From Spirogloea muscicola (Eukaryota), in contig WELB01000015.1 of assembly GCA_009602725.1 (NCBI GenBank), positions 441,821 to 503,827 of the forward strand: DNA of 62,007 bases, written 5' to 3'. The notes under the pieces are model-generated. The model was given only the letters and a program-made list of their open reading frames with translations. It was not told the origin of the DNA and did no database searches. The position numbers and the translations under genes are program-made. Shown piece after piece: positions 1-11,556 of this stretch. The first letter of the stretch is position 1, and each line of letters opens with the position of its first letter.

Positions 1-420
1 GGCCTCCTCCCCCCCCTGGCCATCCCTCCTGCTACTGCTGCTGCCCCACTCCTCCTCTAGCAGCCCCAGCAGGACAGGTCGACAAGGCCCCAATTGGCAC
101 TTCCGGCCCTCTTTCTCCCCCCCCTCCGTTCCTCCTGCTACTGCTGCTGCCTCACTCCTCTAGCAGCCGGCCCTCCTTCCTCCCCCCGCCAACCCTCCTC
201 CTGCCTCTGCTGCCAGGCCAGGTCGACAAGGCCCTCATCGGCACTTTTGGCCCTCTTTCCCCCCCCTGCCATCCCTCCTGCTAGTACTGCTGCCTCACTC
301 CTCTAGCAGCTCCAGCAGGACAAGTCGACAAGGCCGCAGTTGGCACTTCCGGCCCTCTTTTCCCCCCCCTCCATTCCTCCTGCCACTGCTGCTGCAACAC
401 TCCACTAGCAGCTCCAGAAG
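1..420. repeat. Degenerate C/T-rich tandem repeat (~100-140 bp unit)
   Basis: GTCGACAAGGCC recurs near 78, 221 and 324, each followed by ..GGCACTT..GGCCCTCTTT..CCCCCC..CCTCCTGCTA.TGCTGC..CACTCC.CTAGCAGC. Confidence 0.8.
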
Positions 421-599
421 CAGCTGCTAGTTGCTAGCTGCTACGTCATTGGATGTGCCTGCCTTTGTACTTGGCCATTTTGGCCTTCAATTGTTTTATA
501 TACACGAATTTTTATCTGCCCTGGCTGGCTTTCATAGCCGCTCTTCTCTAAAATGTCAGCAGCCGCATTCATTTCCCCGCTCACCTCTCATGGCAAATG

Positions 600-1070
600 C
601 GTGTGGGGTGGGCCTTGGGCGGCCGGGTCTGCTAGGGGCGCTGCCCGGCTTCAACGCCGCCAGTTCGCTCGCCCAGGTATTACATATGCGTCTGGCAGTC
701 AAAAACAAAGTGCTCGCCCCCCCCTGGCGGTCTCGTTTCAGAAGAAAGAGCACTTTCTCTTTCTTCTTTTGCGGCACCTCTTTCTTGTACTGAGGGCCAA
801 TTTACACTTGCCCGGTCGGTCACCGTGGGGGGTTACGTGTCGCGCGTGGTATGGACGCCCGGGGTCAAAACCTTGCCAATCTGAGGCCAAGACGAGGCAA
901 TAGGTGACCGACCGGGCCAGTGAAAAGTGGCCCTGAGCTTCCCTTTGCATCGTCGTGTATCTTTTGCCGTGGTTTGTATAGTAGTCCCATTTTGGCACCT
1001 CTTTCTGTGGCTTTGGCCATTGTCCATTCTTTCTAGGCTGGCTATGCCAGCTCCTTGTCATGCGCAAGGG
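600..1070 (+). mobile_element. Degenerate 3' part of an RLE-type non-LTR retrotransposon
   Basis: Translation FNAASSLAQVLHMRLAV matches LHAAGSLAQVSRMRLAV of the copy at 45.5 kb; a 3'UTR-like TTCTTTCTAGGCTGGCTATGCCAGC lies near 1027-1051. Confidence 0.5.
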
Positions 1071-2316
1071 CGTCGATTACGCAATGGCGTCGATTAGTCT
1101 AGGTAACGACAAGTACTGACGTGATAGACTACACATGTGACAAACCGAATGGAATTGTCGATCTTGTTGGCCAAGCTGAAACCAAACAGTCCAACGAGAG
1201 GCCAACATTGAGAACTGTATATTGTCTCACAACATAAGAAGAAAGTAAGAACAGGTCCGAATTAGGACTTGTAGCTTCCCCCCCCCCTTGAACACGTGAT
1301 TGACTGTCTACTGAGTAGCGAGCATACACAAGCAAATCTGCAATCCCTTGTCCACAAGGTGATGTGCAAGGTCAGTAAATATCAATCGATGTCGGTGCTT
1401 CTAGGCCTCAATGCACAGCCTTCACTAATGCAACTTGAGGACCAGTGCTCACTTTAGTGTAACTTGTGACACGCAGCTCAGTACTCGAGGCTGCTCAACA
1501 CAGAATCACCACGACTTCTCGCAGTCGTGCCGCGGGTCCGTGCGAAGGTTCACTAACTGCTGCGGCTCCTGCCCTAGGCTCTACGCTTCTATGGTGCGGC
1601 GTTGGCGCAGGCGTGGCTCGAGGCAAGAGGGTGAAACTTGCAAAGCGGACTGCTTTGCGAGGGCTGCTCGCCCCGACTTGGGCCGGGCGCGGCAAAGATC
1701 CTAGCGCTGCCTGATAGGCCCGGCTCGGCCGTCGGCTACGCTGGTTGGTTAGCTGGATGGCCGGTTGTTGTGGACCGTCACCCCTCGCAATGGCTGGCTC
1801 GACCGTAGTAGGATGGTCATCTTCAGCCGTCCGTTCCACGATCGCCCCGCCACCGCTTCGATAGCGCCCACCTTCACGGTCTTGTGGGTGGTTGAGGTAC
1901 CTCCAGATGGCTTCACTCGTTGCGCCTCAAACGGTCTTCTGAAGGTCGGCGTCGCGTGTGGGCCTGGGCCCTTGTAGTCGCTCCGTTGTCGGTGTCGTCC
2001 GCATTTTATGAGCGGGTAATGTTGTTGTTGACGACCGCATTGGATGAGCGGTCGATGTCGTTGTCGTCGCCGAGATGTCTTTGTTGTCGCCGAGAGAGAG
2101 AGTCAGAGATGGGTGGACCTCCATTGTCAGCGTGAAACACACAAAAGTGTATGACCCAGACTAGGAGCCACATAGGGAGAAAAGATGGTCCTCCATCCTT
2201 AGCGTGAATCACACACCGAAGTGGGTGAGTCAGCCTAGTGAGGCCACGTGTGAAGCCCAGTCAGCTGTCCTAGTCAGATCGACACAAATAGGCAGTCGAC
2301 AGGATATTGCACGACA

Positions 2317-2826
2317 CCCTCTTCTCTATGGGCGCAGACTTTCTTGTTCCTTCTTGGGGGCGACCCAGACAGACCCTCAGACGACGAGAAAGGGCAATTT
2401 AATAGTCTCAGACAGACGCAGCAGGCGTGGGCGGCCTCCATCGTTTTGTCGTGCTTCTCTGGTGGAGACCCCAGTTTCACCCCGCGCGAGGAGGACGCCT
2501 GCTGCAAAGACCTCCTTTACTTTCTTTTCTATGGGCGAGCACATTCTTTCTTCTCTATGGGCGAGCACTTTCTTCTTTCGCTGGCTTTGGCCTTTGTCTA
2601 TAATATTTGGGCTGGCTTTGCTGGCCCCTCTTCTCTATGGGCGAACAGTTTCTTCTTCCTTCTTGGGGGCGACCTAGACAGACCCTCAGACGACGAGAAA
2701 GGGCAATTTAGTAGTCTCAGACTGACGCAGCAGGCGTGGGCGGCCTCCATCGTTTGGTCGTGCTTCTTTGGTGGAGACCCCGGTTTCTCCCCGCGCGAGG
2801 AGGACGCCTGCGGCGAAGACCTCCTT
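2317..2826. repeat. ~200 bp direct duplication (2317-2517 and 2626-2826) interleaved with RLE-element 3' tails
   Basis: The two blocks are near-identical; TCTATGGGCG occurs four times (~2325, 2528, 2554, 2634). Confidence 0.85.
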
Positions 2827-2864
2827 CAGGCAGCGAACCGGCACATTTAGCATCTGGTGATTGG

Positions 2865-3556
2865 TGTCATGCCCGGGCGCGTAGCGTCGTCGAGCGTCGG
2901 CTAGAGGGCGGTTGGGTGGAACCGAGCAGGGCTAAACTAACCGTGGTCGGATATCTCAGGTAGGAAGGTGGTATAGAAAACCTCAGCGGGGGTAACCCAT
3001 GGGGTGACTCGCTGGGTAGGGTGCAGCCCGTAGGGCGGGCCGGAGAGCCCCGGGGCGCCGGAGCTGTCCCTGTGCCTACTGCCTTGACCCCCCCTCGCGG
3101 AGTGGGCTCTTAAGAGATCGGACGGCGGAGAGAGGCCATCGCTCCGCATGTTCCCCAGTGGAGAAAGAATCTAGCGCCGCCGCCGCAGCCGCCGGCACGG
3201 GTTGGCAACGGTTTGGCGCAGCGCAGGTTGACGCTCCGGGCCAGGTTGGCCAGGGGGCCGAAGCGGCGAGAGATCCCCGGACGCGGGTGACCACGCAGCG
3301 GCGCAGGAAGCGCACGCGGGAGAGAGAGAGAGAGGCGCGGAGAGAGCCTGAGATCCGCCTTCGTGACTTGACTTGCGGAGAGCTGGGGGGGGGGGGGGGG
3401 GGGGACTCTTCTGCCACATCCTTTGCATGTCTGCTTACTTGGTAGTGAGGCCATGCAGGGCAGGCTGCTGCTAGCCAAGCAGAGTCCTGGCCTGTAGGCG
3501 GAGCTTCAGGTGTAGCACTTCGACGCAGATAGGGCGCTATGCGGGCAGGCACGACA
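2865..3556. mobile_element. Solo LTR, family D
   Basis: Termini TGTCATGCC...GGCACGACA; 4-bp TSD TTGG (2861-2864 and 3557-3560); homologous to 44504-45131. Orientation is unknown because no PBS or PPT is attached. Confidence 0.85.
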
Positions 3557-3559
3557 TTG

Positions 3560-4480
3560 GAAGTGGCAGCCCGACGTGCCAACAGAGGAGATCACGAGGG
3601 CCTTAGCGCAGTGCTGCCAGGCGACTGTGGCGACTAAGGAGCACATCGCAGCGGCCGTGGCTGACTCAGGACGTGGAAGGGGAGCACAGTACTGCAGCAC
3701 CGGCACCTTGCAGCAGAATTTGACGGCTTTGGCCATTCTGCACCAACAGGCTCTTCCAGTGCCCTGCAGCAAAGCACGGGACCTGGCGGCGCAGTATTAG
3801 GACATGACAAAGCGCGAGGTCAACGGCGTCCATGAAAGCAGGTCAGCGAAGCAGCCGATGACACAAAGATCGTGACGAACTAAATTTGCCTGGAAGGCTT
3901 TGCTGCTACATGGTGCACGCAAGTCTATGATCGCATCAAGCACAGCTGGAGCGACCTCCAGCGGCTGCTTCGCTGAGCGTTCAACAAGCAAGACGGGGAT
4001 TCTACGGCCATGGCCTGCTGAAGTCGAAGCAAGGCCCGAAGATCGGTGCCTGCCTTCGACATCATTTATGAGCACCTCTGTACGGACGTTGGAGAACTGA
4101 CAACGTCGAGTTGGAACTCCTCTAACATCCACTGCATCGTCACCTGGACATCACCACCATCATCTACGAACTACAATTGTCGACGGGCTTGAGAGAATGC
4201 CCCGGTGCGCGCTGTAAGGAGTCAGCAACTAATTGCCAACTGCTGCGGATTGCCCTCACCTCGAGCAAGTGGACTGTAGCCCATGGACGTAGAGGTCAAG
4301 TCCTTCAGTGGAATGGCTGGCATCTGCCCAAACGAGACGCTTGGCATTGTCGCCAGCAACCAACAGGCGGCCGATCATGGGGCGGCAGTCAACGGTTGAC
4401 GGCAACAAGGGCCCAAGGTGCTTCAGGCTGACCAGTATGGCCATTTGCAAGGGACCGCAAGTGGCCTGCATCTGTCGCAG
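3560..4480 (+). pseudogene. Degenerate retrotransposon gag
   Basis: Frame-broken LEGFAATW...SWSDLQRLL, a VDGL motif near 4178, and a zinc-knuckle remnant CFR..DQYGH.ARD at ~4419-4456. Confidence 0.45.
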
Positions 4481-4814
4481 GATGCGCCACTCTCGCGGGG
4501 CGGGTTGAAGCTTGCGGGGTGGGAATCCCCCTAGGGACAGCAATCAACTTGCGTATCAGGTCAGCCACAATGACAATGCATGGACTCAATTACCATCTCG
4601 CGCGTTAACTCTTTAGCTGGATGACTTTCAGGGATGACTGCCAATGAGAATTATGCCGATGCAAGGTGCTTGGCATGGACTGACTGGCACGACATGACGT
4701 AGTTCGCTGCCTTAAGCACAGAAGATTGCTGTAGGTGCAATGCACGGGGTCCATAAGTACCCAGATCCCCTGCAACATGAGCTATACCGGACCAGCACAA
4801 GAGCAGAGTGCTGC

Positions 4815-5389
4815 TGTAGTGAATCTCGCCCTGAACACACTGTTAGAGGGAGAGAGTCCTTATTGAGTTCGAACATAGTGGGTTTAGGAGCCAACCCACT
4901 ACACCAGGAAGCACTAGCGCAATGCGCAGCGGAAGACAGGCCCTGTGGCGCCGCCGTCCGGCGGCGACTCCACCTCCTGGGCGCAGACCAGCGACTGGCC
5001 CTTGACGGGCGCAGCCACGGGCGCCCCGCAGCAGGCCCGCGGCAGTGCGGCGGCTGCTGCGGCGGCGAGCAGCGGCAAGGCTGCTCCTGGGACTTCACTG
5101 GCTCGAACTGATTCCTGAGCCTCTGCCCCTGAGGCTCCTTGGTGCTTCCCCGTGCCACCCCCCCTCCAGGGGTGTGAGCAGGTTCGCCCCAAGGCCCGCC
5201 TTGCGGCAGGCCCAAAGGTCCTCCCTTGGCCGGGCGGATCCTTGAGGGGTATTTCCGGACGGGCGGGGCCCGCACCCGGGCGGGCCACCGGCCAGCCAGC
5301 CTGGCAGCTGGCAGGGCACCTGGCCCAAATATTCGGTCATGTAATGCCAACAGAGCCGTGTGGCTTAACCAGACGGCTGTTTCACTACA
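4815..5389 (-). mobile_element. Solo LTR, family C
   Basis: Perfect 9-bp terminal inverted repeat TGTAGTGAA/TTCACTACA; 5-bp TSD GCTGC. Orientation is taken from the C copy followed by a PBS at 23551. Confidence 0.92.
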
Positions 5390-5719
5390 GCTGCCCCCGG
5401 ACATAACCTGCAGAAGACGGGTTCGCCGTGACGCAATATGCTGCTCCCTGGGTGGCACTTCTTGAGATTGAGAGGATGACACTGCTATGATTGCAACTCC
5501 AAAGTCGCCAAGAGCAGCTTCAGCGGCCCCTTTCTTTTCAGCGGCAGCAGTGGGACCAACAGCAGTAGCGTCTGCAGTGGTGACGACAGCGATGGCGACC
5601 CCAACGACTGCGGGCCATGACGAAAGGGTGGCGAGCTGGACTAGGCGGGGTGCGGTGGTGTTTAGGTCAACAAACCACATCAAATCCCTGCATCGATGGA
5701 TGCCCATTAGGGTTTGTGT

Positions 5720-6900
5720 TTGGGTCATTAGGAGGAGCAAGATACTGAATCATAGTCATTGATGATCTGTCTAGGAAGTGCTGGTGCTACTTCGTAAACG
5801 ACAGGGCCAGTATTCTCCAATCCATCAGAAGGTGGAAGACGTTTGTGGAGAACCAAGTGATATGACAATTCTAATCTCGCTCTCGAGCAAGGTTCGATTC
5901 GCCAGCCAAACAGCTTGGATGCCCTTGAGACGTATTCTCCCCCAATGTCTAACCCAATATTCAAATCTGTCGACCCACTTGAGTTCCATGTATTCCACCT
6001 TCTCAATATTTAAAGGATACTGGACCTGGCTTGTAAGAGGTAGCACCAGCACTTCCTTCAGAAGTCATTAATCTACAAAGTCACTCGCTCCTCCTAATGA
6101 CCTTAAGTGTTGCTGGACCCACACGTCTGTGTGCACCGGGTCAAGCAACCCACAAAATTTTGTACCTTCTTCTGAGGGAATGGGACTTCTGTGCTGCTTG
6201 CCAACCTCACATCCTTCACAAAGTCCATGTTGCGGTTTCCTCCAAACGAGAACACTCTTTACTAGATATAGTCTTGCCAGCAACTTGAGATCACTCTCGT
6301 GCAATGACCCAACCTGCAAGGTCACAATTTCAGAGTGTTGCTCTCTCCTCTCACTGCCACATTGCACCATTGCTCCGGGACAGACCTCTCCGACCAGCCA
6401 GACCAGCCAGTACACTCCGCCACTCCTCTGCCCCAGCCAACAGCTCTTCATTTTAGAAAATATCCTGCACTTCTGTGGATGAAAGACAAGTTGCATGTAT
6501 TGTTTTCAGAGTGTACGTTGAGAGCATAATCCTGGGCAGCTGATGTACATAGAGAACGTCTTCTAGTGAGATTATTTCAGTCTTGGCCGTTGACCTTGGC
6601 AATGTTGTCTAACGTGCCGTTTCCAGCAGCAAGAGCTATGGTGTGGTTCCCAAATATGATATGACAACTTGCAACCCTCTATATATTGCGCAAGCAATGT
6701 CCCCCACAAGTCACATGAGAAGTGGCGCCTGAATCTATCAGCCAAAGAGTTGTACTCCCGACCTCCTTGACACACTGCACCTGCTGCTGCTGATTGTGAA
6801 GAGCTGGTTGACCCGCTTGCTCTGCTTGACTTCTATCGATGGGCCGCTTCACTCATTAATCAAGACACTAGGCCTTCCAATGGCCAGGTTGCTTGCAACA
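5720..6900 (-). pseudogene. Ty1/Copia protease-integrase remnant
   Basis: WLIDSGATSHVT (aspartic protease, ~6710-6744), then CEGCEVGKQHR...VHTDVW...SLGGA (pre-integrase/rve start), then GGEYVS and ANRTLLE. The PR-INT order is Copia-type; many frameshifts. Confidence 0.85.
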
Positions 6901-7175
6901 AATTCGAACTAGATCTAGCACCCCGATACCCTTTCTGTCATCCTCTATCTTGAGGACCTGGCGGCGACTGTGAAAATGTTTTGGTCTGGCCAAGCAGCGC
7001 CAACCCATTTTACTAGTTATCTTGATTCTGACTTCGAACTCGCTCTCCTCCTGTATGAGCTTTGCGCGTACGAACTGCAAAATTCGCATTCCCCTATCCA
7101 TGCAACTGAGAAAGGTGTTAACAGTATCGAACCTCTGGATGTCTCTCGGGCTATCCAAGAAAACTTAGAAGCAGC

Positions 7176-8792
7176 ACGGCTGCGTCGGCGGGCTGCGGCA
7201 GCAGACGGCAGCAGGGCTGCGCCTCTCTCTCGCGGGCTTCACTGATATGGACCCGGTGACCCGAGTCTGGTCTCAGCCCCACTTGTAATGCTTCATGTGC
7301 CACCCTCCCCATGGGTCTCTGAGAGGCTCGTCTCAAGGCCCACCTTCGAGAAGGCGGGCCCCACAAGGGGATCCTAGTGCGAGGGCAAGCCACGCGGCTC
7401 CCTTCTGGAAGCGGCGGCCGCTCTGCGGCGCCGCCGAGCGGCGCCGCCGAGCGGCGCCCTGCGGCGCCGGCTTGCGGCGCCGCCAGTAATTCACGGGTGT
7501 GGCACGGCATCACGGGCGCGCGACACGTGTCACATATACGTCATTGCGAGCACGGCGGCAAATTCAGGAATACGCCGAGGAGCTCCAATTTGGAAGTCTC
7601 TGGTGAATAAGCCTGTTAGTTTTGCTGCCTGGGCTGACATTTCTGATGTTAAAGCTCAATCGCGGTTTTCCCGTGCTGCAGACGAGCAACCACTGGAACT
7701 TCTCCGGAGTCTCCTCCAAGGGGATGCTCGAGGCCAGGCTCGGCTCCTATCTCTTTCGTCTCTGGGAGCGTCTGAGTGGCTCCGCGATTTGCCTTTGCAT
7801 GCGGGCTTGCGAATGGAAAATGCTTTGTTTTGCAATGCTATGCGCCGCCGCCTTGGCTTATCATCCCTGTGCTTGGCAGGGGTGACCCAATGTGAATGTG
7901 GGCTTATTGAGCATGCTGCATTGCTCATGGGTGACCACATGCTCAGGTGTGCCAAAGGAAGTGAGCTCACGGGCTTTCACAACCTCCTACGTGACGCCAT
8001 GTATGGCATCGTCAAGGAGGCGGGATATCAAGTGGCGTTGGAGAGCACTGCCCATCCAACTCCGCAATGGGGTCCCTCGGACGAGGCGTGTCGATCTGGT
8101 CGGCGTCCCCCTGGGAGGTGCCAAGCGGCTCCTCATGGACGTTGTCCTCACCGACAGCTTCCGGACGAAGGGCCCCATTACTTCTGAGACCGGCTATGCT
8201 GTGAAGGTGGCCGAACGGAAGAAGCTGCACAAATACAAGGACCACCCGGCGGGTGATACCCTTTACCCCCTGGCCATGGACATCCATGGGTGTTACGGGG
8301 GTCGGTGGTCCTCGTTACTTTCGCTGCTGGCCTCTCAAGCTGACCAGCGGCGCCGGGAACAGGGTGCTGCCCTTCCCGGTGGCTCGGTGCCTTTGGGTCT
8401 TGTTTCCTGCTACCGAATAGGTTTATCTATGTGCCTACAGCGGTCCCAGGCGATTGCTTTGCATCGCCGGGCTGGTCGCGCCCTTGCAGCAGCCTCTGGC
8501 TTGCGCAGCGGGGTTGCTCTTCCTCCCCTCAGCTCATCATCTTCCTACTGCTGACACGGGGGTATTGAGGGCGCCCTGTCTGCCTAGCTTTGGCTCTGTC
8601 ATGAACACCTGTATGCAACTGGCTGGCATTTCACAGCCGATTCTTTAATATCAGCAGTCGCATTCTTTTCTCTTTGATCTGGAAGTCCAGGGTTCGCCGC
8701 CTCCGCTGGAGGCGGCGCGCCTGCACGTTATATGGTCAGCAAGCGCGTCACACCGTGCGACACCTCGCGCATCGCTCGCGTGTCGCACGCGT
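7176..8792 (-). mobile_element. LTR family A fragment interrupted by an RLE element
   Basis: Matches the reverse complement of the A LTR (cf. 40495-41383); the sequence resumes at 8680 after the insert. Confidence 0.8.
7599..8679 (+). mobile_element. 5'-truncated non-LTR retrotransposon with C-terminal zinc knuckle and restriction-like endonuclease (CRE-like)
   Basis: GASEWL..LP...F..AMRRRLG..CECG...DHMLRC..G...HNLLRD; frameshift near 8050; then RRVDLV...DV...ERKKLHKY...PLAMD.HG; stop at 8554; TSD TGGAAGTC (7591-7598 and 8680-8687). Confidence 0.85.
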
Positions 8793-9271
8793 GGCTGTGT
8801 GCCATTGGACGTCGTGGACTTCGTCGTCGTGAGGCCGGCATTGTGTGATGCCTCGGCATGGGTGAAGAACCCTGCTTTGGTACTCGCCTTGCCGTACCTC
8901 AGGTGTTGGCGGCTAGTGCGCCCTCACCCTGTTGTGTGCTTGAGCACACTTGAAGTGCTGGCAGTATGGTGCCTGGCATTACGTACGATGAGCATGTGGC
9001 TGTCCGCCATCCTCATTGACCTCAAGGCCCTGGGCAGTAGCACTTCAGTGCACCTACTTCCAGTGAAAGTCCTTGACTTCCTGCAGCTGTTGATCATGTG
9101 ATGTCACAGCTGTGGGTTGAGTAGCTTGGTGAGGTAGGCTTGGCAGATGTTATCAAGGGCCTCTGCAGCCACTGCTTGGCCTCGCCAGTATACCCCTTGT
9201 GATACCACGTGTCATGACACACTTGGCGGGCATGGACAAGACTATGTGGGTCCCAGTGTTCTTCCCGAGTG

Positions 9272-9418
9272 AGAAAGGGCTCGCCCATTGAGGATAGGGG
9301 CTGGACAAGCCAGCCCAAAAAAGAATGAACAAAGAACGAGAAGGGGGCCAGAGGAAGCCAGAGGAAGCGCTAAGAAACCAAAGCACACAAAGAAAGAAAG
9401 CAGCTACAAATCACTCAG
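9272..9418 (-). mobile_element. RLE-type non-LTR element, 3'UTR only
   Basis: Homologous to 45214-45350; TSD TCCCGAGTG (9263-9271 and 9419-9427). Confidence 0.8.
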
Positions 9419-9901
9419 TCCCGAGTGGGCTGTAACGTTGGCCATATTGCTGAGTTGCGAGAATTGGACCATTAGCCCAGCTAAGTGCCAAGTACCCCTG
9501 TGCATTCGTAGCTGGACCGCTGCCGTCTTTGACTGCCTGCAGCTGGCTAGTGCATCAGAGTACTCTGGGTGAGTGCTTGTCTCCGCCTTCGAATGCCAAA
9601 GGGTTGACTTGTATTTGATGCTTTGACCGACATCTTTGCACTCTGAGACCAACAGCGGTCGTTGAAGATGTACCTTCACTTGCATCCAGCTTTGATTGTG
9701 TATCTGATTCCAATGATGATTGGTGAGTCTCCCCCTGACTCTGTAGTACGGGTGGTAGCCTCACCTGGTGCGGCTCTTGACAACCAGCCAATAAAGTAGT
9801 TGGATGCACTTCCCGAATTCCTCTGGACGGGTTGTCTCCGCATCCGAAGTGGCTCAATGATCTGCGGCGCTCTGCCGCCGTACTGCCCTCTGTATCGACT
9901 G

Positions 9902-10686
9902 TGTAACGTCCCCACCGTTACGTGACGTTTTACCTTGGGTTGAACGCTAACGCGTAGTAACGGCACGCGGCCCCAGTATCGTTGTCGTGCGACACGTGGG
10001 CGACTCGTCTCAGTGACGCGCGGCGCGCCCCGGCTCGCCAGAGCTGCCGCCGCATGGCCGCTGGGCCGCCGGGCGGCATGGCCGCCTGGCCGCCGCATGG
10101 CCGCCGGGCCGCCAGGCCCGTAGTGACATGCCTGTGACGCGTGTGGCGCTGTGATGCGCCTGACGGCGCCGCGCCGCGCAGGGCGGCGCCGCCGCCCTCA
10201 CGATCGTATCCCCCTTGTCGGGCCCGCCTTATCGAAGGTGGGCCTTGCGGCGAGCCTCCCAGAGACTCCTGGGGAGGGTGGCACACGAAGCACTATAAGT
10301 AGGGCTGAGACCTGCCTCAGGGCACCGGTCGAAGTCAGCGAAGCCCACGCCAGAGAGAGGTGCGCAGCCCTGCTGCCGCCTGCTGTCGCAGCTCGTCCAC
10401 GCAGGCCTACTGCTGCCTGCTGCTGCAGCCCGACGTCGCAACCCGTCCCTGCGGATCTTCCTCGGCTCTTCTGAAGGTAGACTGTGGCTGCTCCCTTTGG
10501 AGACAGTTGCTGGCCCGTACCGAGAGGTGAGTCGCCGACCGTCGGCGGCGGCTCAGGGCATGGGATTCCGCTGCGTGTGAATGTGGTGCTTCTCTGTGCT
10601 GGGTGTTTCGTCTCTAAACGGCAGCGACCGAACACAATCAGGACATTCTAACCCTTGACTGTTTGTGAAGGGTCTAGAACGCTTCA
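9902..10686 (+). mobile_element. Solo LTR, family A2
   Basis: TGTAACGT...ACGCTTCA with 5-bp TSD GACTG; removing it restores the host RT-start codons. Confidence 0.9.
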
Positions 10687-11556
10687 GACTGAGTACTCTT
10701 GAGTGTTGAGAGATGCAATCCCAAGGGGTGGACTTGCTTGAAGACGGGCATAGTGAGCCCCCTCAGTCGCCGTATGGTGCACCTATCCGCTTCCTAGTGG
10801 AAGTCATCGGATGTGCATCCAGCATCGAGCTCTAACCAAGCTCATTGCCAAGTATCGGTGCCCTTTGCCTGGCATGGATGAACTGTGTGATCGTCTCCGA
10901 GGAGCAAAGGTAAATCGCTCTTCCGATTTATGAGAGGTTATCACCAACTTTGTATCACGCCTGGAGAAGTTCCGAAGTTAGCTTGTTGTGCGCCGCTCAA
11001 TACTTCCAACCCCGTGTCAGGCTGTTACAATGGGAGTATTGGCCCCCATAGTATAAGTCTATGCGGGTATACTTGGATGACATACTGGTGTTTGTATCAC
11101 ACCCGACAATCACGTATTGCACCTGCAGCTAGTGCTGCCTTTGCGATGTGAAAATCACTTGTATGCCAAGCGTGTGTAATCAGCATGTGGGCATGCTGTG
11201 GGCAAAGACGAAGTTCGCGTCAATTTGTTTCATATCATGCTGCATCTGTCTGCAGAGACTGACGTGAAGGACTAGCTAAGTGCCACGGAATGTGCCGCAG
11301 TTGCGTTCCTTTTGGGATCGGCACAGTATCCCCATTCCTGTCAGGATTCCTGCAGGACACGGAAGTATGGCATCTCCTCTTACGAAGCTCACTCGTAAGG
11401 ACGTACCCTGGGGTGGATGTCCTAAATTCCACGGGCATTTGAGGAAATCCAAAACGGGTTCTAGTATCCCCACCTATTCTGGTCTTGCCTCGAGAAGGCG
11501 GATCCATTGCAGTCATATATGTTGTGCCGCCTCTTTGATCGGCATTTGCCGTTCTC

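Noticed and set aside
1100..2316. Unassigned sequence with short ORFs
   Set aside because: I recognised no motif, repeat partner or termini.
4650..4814. Possible Copia RNase H remnant (PTAIFC..HAKHL) on the minus strand
   Set aside because: Too short and degenerate to call separately.
4712..5740. Long ORFs such as 4712-5740, 37699-38460, 46992-48005 and 55283-56572
   Set aside because: They cross TSD-defined element boundaries, N gaps or antisense genes in GC-rich DNA and contain no domain motifs.
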